Positions 53,973 to 64,000 of a stretch of DNA of 64,000 bases are shown piece after piece. The translations under genes and the position numbers were made by a program. Position 1 is the first letter of the stretch. The number at the start of each line of letters is the position of its first letter. Below the pieces are notes generated by a model. The model was not told the DNA's origin, did not search any database, and saw nothing but the letters and a program-made list of their open reading frames with translations. This DNA is from Octopus vulgaris. Its lineage: Eukaryota. The stretch is taken from contig OX597815.1 in assembly GCA_951406725.2 (NCBI GenBank), positions 188,666,001 through 188,730,000 on the forward strand. The letters are read 5' to 3'.

Positions 53973-54288
53973 CACACATACATACATACATACATACATA
54001 CATACATACATACATACATACATACATACATACATACATACATACATACATACATACAGACATACATACATACATACATACATACATACATACATACATA
54101 CATACATACATACATACATACATACATACATACATACATACATACATACATACATACATACATACATACATACATACAAAAATACCATACTGTTCATGTT
54201 GAAATTCTCATGAAGGAGCCTTGGATCTAGGCTGGAAACCGGTTCTTTCTCTACTGGCAAGACATCTTGAAATAAAACTGAATAATGA
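53334..54288 (+). mobile_element. 5'-truncated R4/Dong-clade LINE (restriction-like endonuclease) in (CATA)n
   Basis: YYL*IRHDFVARTLY...KHNRPDIRIWD...VVEIS...KENTYAELLRNLQLLYP...FIPVII; CATA repeats at both flanks and inside the 3' UTR. Confidence 0.85.
53897..54177. repeat. (ATAC)n, ~280 bp
   Basis: Direct inspection. Confidence 0.97.
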
Positions 54289-54324
54289 CACACATACATA
54301 TATTCATTTATTTATTCATACGTT

Positions 54325-55720
54325 CTGGTAACTTCTACATCAGCAGCAACATTGACAGGATCTATGTTAAGCAGAGTGGTGGAGGCAGAAACTTAAGCTG
54401 AGCTCTGTCAGTCTTTGAATGATCACTTAAAAAACTCTTACTAAAAAGGAGAGAAAGAAATAGATCACATGACATGCATACTCAACATTGGAGGCAGCAA
54501 CATCATGAGATTAAGTGACAAAATTCTTGAACAAGAACTCTGAGGGTACGGCTGTTCTATGTAACTAATCTACATAAATAGAGACTTAGACGAGAAATGC
54601 TCATTGCAGAAAGTTATTGCAGAAACTTACAAGTAAGAGAATACCAACAACATTTAGAGGAATTGTAGCATCCCTTGGACTTTGGGATAGCTACTAAATA
54701 TTTTACCAATACTGACACCTCTAGATCTCCATGCTGTGGTAGAAAGTGTTGAAAGTTGGCGAACTGGTAGAAACGCTAGTGCGCCAGGCTAAATGCTTAG
54801 CGGTATTTCGTCTGCTGTTACATTCTGAGTTCAAATTCCGCCAAGGTTGACTTTGCCTTTCATCCTTTCAGGGTCGTTAAATTAAGTACCAGTTTCGCAC
54901 TAGGGTCGATGTAATCGACTTAATCCCTTTGTCTGTCCTTGTTTGTCCTCTCTGTGTTTAGCCCCTTGTGGGTAGTAAAGAAATAGGTATTTCGTCTGCT
55001 GTTATGTTCTGAGTTCAAATTCCGCCAAGGTCGACTTTTCCTTTCATCCTTTCAGGGTCGTTAAATTAAGTACCAGTTTCACACTGGGGTCGATGTAATC
55101 GACTTAATCCGTTTGTCTGTCCTTGTTTGTCCCCTCTATGTTTAACCCCTTGTGAGTAGTAAAGAAATAAGAATGTTGTGGTTGTGCCATACCAGCATGA
55201 ACGATATTGACCATATCATCAGCATCCATCTAAAAATGTCTGCGAGATGCTAACTTCCTCAGAGACATGACATTATCGCAAAAACCGTCAAGAAGGATTT
55301 TTCTGATGACCAGATCATATGCATAAAAGAACCAAAATATATTCACATCTTTAAAAATAAACAATTCTTGTGAAGCATAGCAATAAAAAAAATACCAGCA
55401 ATTCAGCATAGGCACAACAGAACAGATTTTGTTTTATGTGAGAGAGAGCAAAAGGCTCACTTTGTAAAGATCAGCTTGTCTGGTGGAAATGGCTTGTCAA
55501 AAAAAAAAAAAGGAAGCAAAAGGAGAATATCTATAGAGAAGTAAAGTAATGAGAAGCTTACATCTCTTGTACTCAGACTATAGATTTTCACATGTATCTA
55601 ATACTAAAGGTACACTGGACTATTGAACAACAAATACGCATAAAAACTCAGAAATGCTATGGTAGAAAAAAGTTGTAACACATTCCAAGAATTCTCTATT
55701 TGAGGTTCAAAGGCTGAATG
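54325..55720 (+). pseudogene. Older R4/Dong LINE remnant interrupted by a SINE dimer
   Basis: IDRIYVKQSGGGRNL; DIDHIIS...QRHDIIAKTV; RHNRTDFVL...LHLLYSDYRF. Confidence 0.72.
54754..55170 (+). mobile_element. SINE family B dimer (full unit plus headless 184-bp unit)
   Basis: ggtatttcg at 54802 and 54986. Confidence 0.9.
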
Positions 55721-55774
55721 CACACGCACACACACACACACACACCTTGTTTAATTCATAACAATTTTTTCCTT

Positions 55775-56110
55775 TGTGTCTGGAGAGAGTCATTTTCTTT
55801 TTGTGCCTTATAATGTAACACACTCACCGGTAAAATTTCCACTTATTTCTTATTTTTATTTTTTTCTAAAATTTTCGTTGCGTCTTACAACCTTTTCAAT
55901 GGTCTTTTCAAGAGTCAAGACTCTTGAAAAGGTTGCAAGATGCAATGAAAATTTTAGGAAAATAAAAATAAGAAATAAGTGGAAATTTTACCTGTGAGTG
56001 TTTTAAATTATAAGGCACAAAAAGGAAATGACTCTCCCCAAACACAACAGAATATGCTTCAACACACGAACTCATATAAAGAATCTTGCAAACCAAATCC
56101 AAAACCGAAA
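55775..56110. mobile_element. PLE family 2 palindromic element with two variant hammerheads
   Basis: TSD (aa)ttttttcctt; hammerhead motifs on minus 55865-55904 and plus 55919-55957. Confidence 0.85.
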
Positions 56111-57464
56111 TTTTTTCCTTGTTAGTGTCAATTCTTTTAATTCATACACTTGGGCAATGTTATGCAGTTTTGAAGCTGATTTATGTTAAAGAGGAACAAT
56201 TAAAACTTTGAGAAGGTTCCAGTTGTAGATATCATGTAGCATGTTGGCTCATTATATAAAATTGTCAAGAAGAGGGTGTGGATTCAATTCCAACTAAAAA
56301 GCTCTCATTTTTGTATTCTTTCACAAATATACTTTTTGTATTAAAAGTAAATTTTGATTAAAAGCAAATTACGTACTGTAGTAAATTAACTTCAAATCTA
56401 ATTCAATTTACTTTTTTCGCTTTAATTCAATTTCGTAGATATTGAATTTCAATATTTATTTCAAATATATCTAGCATCATCTGCAAATGTGAAGCCACAT
56501 TGTCTCTGTCAGCAACTGATCAGAACCAAAGTAATTCTAGTTCTGAAAATGAAACCTTTAATCTGTTTGTTCACTCCGACTTTTTTCCCCTCTACTTTAC
56601 CATTCCTCAACAGAATATACACACACCAACCTTATATATAACTGGGATAAAATCTAATTTGATTTTTGTTATTTTCTGTTGCTTTTCTCCCCCACTTCTT
56701 TTCTTTCTCTTTGAATTCTTTGAAGTATCGAAATTGTCATTCACTTCAAACATGTTTGAGAGGCTTTTGTTAACATTACTTTTATATGATTCTGTACCAC
56801 TTATATTCTTAATATTTAGTAGTGTAATAATTTGCACCTTTGCAAAATATATCATACACAGGTGGCATCTCATTCATGGTAACTTTAGAAACAGAAACAT
56901 ATTTCATTTTTGATAATATCAAACCATCAACTGTTTATGGCACAAGAATCTCTAAATAAAATTGCTAGTCTTAAGGCTCCATCCATATTCTATCTCTTGG
57001 ACTGGAAGTTTTCTGTCACATTTTTCAATGCCAATTTGCATCAACTCTCTTCAACTGGTGTTATACCAATTCTAAAATGACTTAAGGCTTACTTTCTTTA
57101 CATTCTATGCCACCCAGGTTCTTTTGTATGCATTAAAAACTTGAACGCATTCACTTTTAAGCATGCTCATTTCTTTGCAGGTGATATCACCTTTCATTCC
57201 TTGAAAATCCTATGCACACAAGCATGAAGAAATGGCTGAGAAGCTTTCATTGCCACCATGTGGTTTCAGGTCAGTCCTGTGGCATGGCATCTTGGAGGAG
57301 TGCCTTCTGCTATATCCCCAGGCTGACCAATGCCCTCTCAGTAAATTTGGTTGGCAGAAACTGTGTAGAAACCTCATCATGTGTGTATGTGTGTATGTGT
57401 GTATGTGTGTGTGTGTGTAATTAAAAGCAGATTAACTTTTTAACATAAGAGGAAAATAGTTTAC

Positions 57465-57670
57465 TCTTTTTGCTCTTTTACTTGTTTCAGTCAATTGACT
57501 GTGCCCATGCTGGAGCACCGCCTTTAGTCAAGCAAATCGCCAAGGACTTATTCTTTGTAAGCCTAGTACTTATTCTATCGATCTCTTTTGCCGAACCACT
57601 AAGTTACGGGGACGTAAACATGCCAGCATCGGTTGTCAAGCGATGCTGGGTGGGGACAAATACAGACACA

Positions 57671-57744
<74 letters not shown>

Positions 57745-57781
57745 CATGATGGGCTTCTTTCAGTTTCCATCTACCAAATCC
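57465..57781 (-). mobile_element. 5'-truncated family A SINE
   Basis: Aligns with 39745-40030. Confidence 0.88.
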
Positions 57782-57975
57782 AAAATCCTTGTACAGTACC
57801 AGATCGATCCCAAAATCTAATTCAGTTCATACCACTCACGAGGCCAGACATCCCTGAAAGTTTCATCCGAATCTATCCAGTGATTCTTGAGATACCTCGT
57901 TCATCGACAAATAAACATGACTGAAAACAATACCTTCGCCTTCACTAAGGCAGAGGTAATAATAATAATAATAAT

Positions 57976-58212
57976 CATCATCATCATCATCATTTAGCGT
58001 CTGCTTTCTATGCTGGCATGGGTTGGACGGTTCAACTGGGGTCTGGGAAGCCAGAAGGCTGCACCAGGCCCAGTCTGATCTGGCAGTGTTTCTACGGCTG
58101 GATGCCCTTCCTAACGCCAACCACTCCGTGAGTGTAGTGGGTGCTTTTTACCTGCCACCAGCACAGGTGCCAGACGGGGCTGGCAAACGGCCATGGTCGG
58201 ATGGTGCTTTTA
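57976..58212 (-). mobile_element. RTE 3' UTR fragment
   Basis: Reverse complement of the 7495-7757 family. Confidence 0.85.
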
Positions 58213-58726
58213 ACAGTAGCAAAACAGAGAATATGATAATCTGGTTTTGTTTAATCACATCAAGACACACTAGCTTCGCAGATAAAGAAAATATTCTACA
58301 AATACTGCATCCTTTCTCCTCAAGAACATCACAACTATAATCTGCAGTCTTTAAAAAATTTCTGTTTTTTAGCTATTAAATATCAACAACACAATGTAAA
58401 GTATATCTCAAAAGTTAGGTGTTCTCTTAATAGTCTTAAAATACTTCATTTTCTTATCGTTTTGTTAACACTATGCAAAGTGTAAGTTCAAAGCAATTGT
58501 CTCTGGAGTACTAACTCACATACCTGGGGCAGTGTAGCTATGAATTGGAAACAGTGAGGTGAGAGAAGGCTTTAGAAATTTAGATAAATATCACAAGGTA
58601 TTTATCCCTTTGTATTTTGAGTTAAAATCCCTTTGCAATCAATCTCATCTTTCATCTACCTTAGGTTGATGAAATAAGTCTTTCAAGTATTGGAATCGAT
58701 TCAGTTGATGGTGTCATGCATGCTAG

Positions 58727-59066
58727 GTGCAGGAGTGGCTGTATGGTAAGTAGCTTGCTTACCAACCACATGGTTCCAGGTTCAGTCCCACCTTGGGTGG
58801 CAGAAACTGTGCAGAACCCCCATCATATGTGTGTGTGTGTCTGTGTGTAATTAAAAGATGTTTAACTTTTTAACACAAGAGGAAAATTGTTTACTCTTTT
58901 TGCTCTTTTACTTGTTTCAGTCAGTTGACTGCGGCCATGCTGGAGCACCGCCTTTAGTCAAGCAAATGTCTTCTACAATAGTCAATCAAGTGTCTTCTAC
59001 AATAGCCATGGGCCGACTAAAGCCTTGTGAGTGGATTTGGTAGATGGAAACTGAAAGAAGCTCATC

Positions 59067-59102
<36 letters not shown>

Positions 59103-59340
59103 GTGTGTGTATATGTTTGTGTGTCTGTGTTTGTCCCCCCACAACATCACTTGGCAACTGATGTAAACTGGTGTGTTTACATCCCTGTAACTTGGCAGTT
59201 TAGCAAAAAGACCCCGATAGAATAAGTACTAGGCTTACAAAGAATAAGTTCTGGGACCGATTTGCTTGACTGAAGGTAGTGCTCCAGCATGGCCACAGTC
59301 AAATGACTGAAACAAGTAAAAGAGTAAAAAGAGTAAAGAG
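58727..59340 (+). mobile_element. Family A SINE split by a locally templated insertion
   Basis: Head 58727-58797; insert ~58795-58967 copied from ~57348-57538; body resumes ~58987. Confidence 0.8.
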
Positions 59341-59919
59341 TATCCACTGGCCACAGAAACCTGTGATATACTGAGGAGTCTGCAATACAAATTTACATAT
59401 ATTAGCCAGAAAAATCTGCGATGTACTGAGGGTATGATAGGTGAACCATGATATGGTGAGTAATAACTCTTCTAGAATAAAGTATGAAACCATAAATTTA
59501 TCATGTATAAACTGAATTATATTGGTACTGTATTCCATCTTTATCTTCTTTCAGATCAGCTGTGTAGTTGTTTATATTTTAGGCAAGAGAACCGCCGTAC
59601 AAGATTTAAAGCTCAGATTGTTAATTATGATGTTTTGTGTTACTGTAATCAGCCACCAGGGTGGCTCACCACTGCTATAGTTTTGTTGTCATCCACTCAT
59701 TGTTGCAAATAGCTGAGAGGCAGATGGAAGCTTAACATTTCTTTCATCTTTTAGAATGATTTTTCTTTTAGATAATTAAAAAAAAATGTTTCTTAAAGGC
59801 AACACTGTTATTAAATAACATAAGACATATACCAATGTATGCTGGAGAAGGTGGTTTAATGAGATGATATGACCTCTCCACGTAAATACTGATGTACTGT
59901 AAACAATTTTTCATAAATA

Positions 59920-60434
59920 CTAGCAGTATCGCCCGGCGTTGCTCGGGTTTGTAAGGGAAATAACTATATAAGCATTTTTAGAGTTACTTCCTTTATAGAT
60001 GCCAATTCGGGCTTTCTTAGCCATTTCTGTTTTGGTGTCTTCAAGCCATGAAGTCGTTGTTCTAAAAGAACGCTGGTCTCCTTGACAATGCATTACGACG
60101 TTGATTTCCTTAAACTCCCTTCCCCACAGCTTCACGAGGGAGGGAAGAAGGGGGAGAAGCAAACACAGGTGCAGGTGTTTGAGCATGGACGCCAACTCCG
60201 CCGCCATCGACACACGAAAAATTATGCATTAAAATGGAATAAAAAATGATGTTAAATTATTTTTAAAATCGTAGACTCATCGTAGACACGCGCTAATAGC
60301 CAGACGGGCTCGATATTAATCACGACTATAAGATACCCGAATTTGGTTAAACTGCACCGCAAAATGTGGGAGGAGTTAGGAATCTAAATCGTAGGAGACA
60401 GACACTCACACAACTACAGTTTTATATATATAGA
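59920..60434 (-). mobile_element. Non-autonomous Helitron
   Basis: 5' TC (60434), 3' hairpin + CTAG (59920-59923), A|T site, no TSD; termini shared with 49426-49821. Confidence 0.88.
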
Positions 60435-60716
60435 TATGTCAATAGACTGTGATATTCTGGCTTCTTTTATCTTTTATCATTTACTTACTTCAGTCAAGAG
60501 ACTGTGGTCATACTGGGGCACTGCTATGAAGAATTTTAGTCAAATGAATCGACCCAAGTATTTATGTTGTTTTTTTCCAGTCTGGTACTTATTCTATCAG
60601 TTTATTTTGTCGAACTGCTATGTTACAGGGATATAAACACACCAACACCAATTGTCAAGTAGCGGTGGGGGACACAGACACAACAACATACACACACGCA
60701 CACACGCACACACACA

Positions 60717-61420
60717 TTACATCGACCCAAGTGCATAACTGGTACTTAATTTATCGACCCCGAAAGGATGAAAGGCAAAGTTGACCTTGGCGGAATTTGA
60801 ACTCAGAACGTAGCGGCAGACGAAATACCTATTTCTTTACTACCCACAAGGGGCTAAACACAGAGAGGACAAACAAGGACAGACAAAGGGATTAAGTCGA
60901 TTACATCGACCCCAGTGTGAAACTGGTACTTAATTTAACGACCCCGAAAGGATGAAAGGCAAAGTCAACCTTGGTGGAATTTGAACTCAGAACGTAACAG
61001 CAGACGAAATACCTATTTTTTTACTACCCACAAGGGGCTAAACACAGAGAGGACAAACAAGGACAGACAAAGGGATTAAGTCGATTACATCGACCCCAGT
61101 GTGAAACTGGTACTTAATTTATTGACCCCGAAAGGATGAAAAGCAAAGTCAACCTCGGTGGAATTTGAACTCAGAACGTAATGGTAGACGAAATACCTAT
61201 TTCTGTACTACCCACAAGGGGCTAAACACAGAGAGGACAAATAAGGACAGGCAAAGGTATTAAGTCGATGTAATCGACTCCAGTGTGTAGCTGGTACTTA
61301 ATTTATTGACCCCAAAAGGATGAAAAGCTAAGTCAACCTCGGTGGAATTTGAACTCAGAACGTAATGGTAGAGACGAAATACCACTAAGCATTTCACCCG
61401 GCATACTAACGCTTCTGCAC
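60717..61420 (-). mobile_element. SINE family B concatemer: head unit, two full 184-bp headless units, one partial unit
   Basis: Junction gaaatacctattt, with cct at 60828, 61012 and 61196. Confidence 0.92.
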
Positions 61421-62450
61421 AGCCATGACTACACCTTGTTTTAACCTTTTAATTATTTGTAACAATCGCTGTCTCTTGTGGAGTTATGTTTATCCAACCC
61501 CTAGTCTTCAATATTTGGTCTCACATCTGTAATATGACTGCCTCAAATGTGGGGCAATTTTTTGATACCTTTAGAAATCTTAAAATGTGCATATTACACT
61601 TTGGCAAACACAGTAGATGCTAACATATTTAATGTGGTGAGCATGATAGTTTGAATTAATCAACACTATCTATGTATTGAGAAGCTTTAAACATTGTTGA
61701 ACAAAGATTGCTTAAACCAAACAAAACAGTGACAACTTTGTTTAGTTTATCTCTAGAAAGAGAACTCCTTGCAAATCTTTCATGATAAAATTTTTGCAAC
61801 AGACAACAAAATCTTGAAGTTTATTCTAAGCATCATTTACACCACTTCTGTAGTTTATTTGTTCAATGCAAAAGTGATTGTCACTGCAATTTTTTCCGAG
61901 ACACAATTATACCTACTAAAACTTGAATTATTATAACATTCATTTGATAGACAAAAATGATTTCATTGAAGATTATATTAAAATAATATCGTGATTTGTT
62001 GAACCAACCTTCAACATGCTTAGATTTTGATCATTCCAAATACACAGAATGGTGTTTAGTTTCTGAAAAAAGAATAAAAATTGTTTTAAAATATCTATTT
62101 TCCTAAAAGCATTTAATATAATGAAGATTTTATACCCTAACATAAAAAATATTAACTGAATACGTCAAATAATCAGTAAGATACTCAGCAAAATTCATAT
62201 TTAAGAAGACACACATTTAAGTTCGCATACACATTCGTAGGAGTATCTACATGTTGTATATACATATGTATATGTATTTATATGTATGTGCATGTGTGTA
62301 CATAGATATATATGCCTTAAGTTTATTTCAGTTCAAGGTTAAAATAAATTTCCCATCAAAATATAAGCAAATGCTTCCATATCTAATCCTTATATAGAAG
62401 CATATATATATAAATATATATATATGTATGTATATATAGGTATATATATG

Positions 62451-62537
<87 letters not shown>

Positions 62538-63589
62538 GCATACATGTATTTATTCACACACAAAGGCAAGCATATCATACTTCTACTAGCTATATCTATT
62601 TCAAGTTTCAATCTGAGTTTCAAGCTGTTTTTCAGAAACATTATCTGTTAAATTTTTTCACTTATTTTGAATTATATTTAACAGAATTCCATAGCTATTT
62701 TGGATACATTCTTTGAAAAGATATATTTGTGCCATTTCAATTTCTCCTTTCTCAGTTTAGTAGGAGCAGATATGTAAAATACATTATTTTTTTTATTTCA
62801 CTGTTTCATATTATTTGCAACTTTCAATCAATTTTATTTATATATTTCATTTTTATATAATTTTATATTCTGAGGATTTAATGAACCTCTTACAACGCTA
62901 AAGCTAAGATAAATAAAATGCAATGAAAATTTTATTTCTTATGGCAAATTGAGTACCAAAAGATAAAATAAAAATATTTTAAATAAAATTTAATATAAAA
63001 TATCTTAAGATTCAAATAATTTTAAATATAATGTTGAGATTCACAAAATACTTCTGTTTTGAAGAAAAAATAAAAAGGATATTTAAAATGTGTTTCTTCA
63101 TCAGAAAATTCAACTTTCACACTAGCAAAGTTCAAATCAAATTCAGATTTTTATTTTCTCTGAGTAGTGTCTAGTTGACCTGTTACATAGAGTGGTGAGA
63201 AGTTTAGTTAGTTTTTTTTCTTCTGCTTGGGGGAGAGATAAGACACTTTTTGAAAAATTATTAGTCAGACAATTTTTTAAAATATTTTATAAACACAGTG
63301 TCTACTGATGACACAGTGGGATATATCCACGAAAACTGAACTGGTATCAAAAAAGAAGAAAGACAATTTCACAGACAAATACATTTGTTATGGAAGATTA
63401 GTGTTAAGTAGTGATAAGGGGAATTGCAATGTTATTATCAGTTCAAATATGCTTGAGGCACGTTCGAACTGGGAAAGAAGCTACTCACTGCATTTTGAGA
63501 TGGAGAATATATCTCATTTGTTGATAAATTGTGTGTATACACCTAGATCAGCTCACAATGCATAACTTTTAATTTAAGCTGCCACCTAG

Positions 63590-63990
63590 GTTTGCTCAGA
63601 GTGGCACTCAAGCCCCGTGCTAGTAGGGTATTAAGAGCACCATTCGAGCGTGATTGTTGCCAGAGCAGCTATCTGGCCTCCGTGCTGGTGGCACGTAAGA
63701 GACACCATTCGAGCGTGATCGTTACCAGCATAGCCTTCACTGGCACCTGTGCCGGTGGCATGTGTAAAAGATTCGAGTGAGGTCGTTGCCAGTACTGCCT
63801 CACTGGCACCTAAAAAGCACCCACTACACTCTCGGTATGGTTGGCATTAGGAAGGGCATCCAGCTGTAGAAACTCTGCCAGATCAAGACTGGAGCCTGGT
63901 GCAGCCATCTGGTTCGCCAGACCTCAGTCAAATCGTCCAAACCATGCTAGCATGGAAAGCGGACGTTAAACGATGATGATGATGATGATG
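63590..63990 (+). mobile_element. RTE 3' UTR with ~63-bp internal repeats
   Basis: Repeated ccattcgagcgtgat..ttgccag / gtgccggtggcac units; tail catggaaagcggacgttaaacgatgat. Confidence 0.85.
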
Positions 63991-64000
63991 GTGGTGGTGG

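Noticed and set aside
56460-63565. Coding-like stretches at 56460-57200, 61440-62000 and 63308-63565 (also 28180-28810, 40340-40595)
   Set aside because: Multiple stops and only faint transposon-like motifs; they cannot be assigned without a search.

Overview
AT-rich, repeat-saturated eukaryotic DNA with no prokaryotic genes and no CRISPR. The repeat complement (tRNA-derived CORE-, Meta- and V-like SINEs, RTE tails ending in (GAT)n, huge (TA)n/(ATAC)n/(AAT)n tracts) suggests an octopus genome; this is an inference. Almost all listed ORFs are microsatellite or minisatellite artefacts. Supported content: decayed Tc1 and rosa/maT-like mariner elements; RTE, CR1 and R4/Dong LINE fragments; two non-autonomous Helitrons; a TTAA-flanked MITE found as a fixed dimer at three loci; and at least four families of Penelope-like element (PLE) termini carrying minimal hammerhead ribozyme (HHR) motifs. 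Most notable: (i) a PLE family with a tRNA-like Pol III cassette between its GIY-YIG ORF and its hammerhead, with one copy starting exactly at the tRNA +1; (ii) a PLE family with a U3-A8 covariant hammerhead arranged as back-to-back palindromes; (iii) a SINE forming headless 184-bp concatemers with the same junction at three loci; (iv) a 26-bp higher-order minisatellite expanded inside an RTE 3' UTR. There is weak evidence for the last two exons and a poly(A) site of a minus-strand host gene (17791-17878, ~13735-13973). All coordinates and alignments were read by eye.
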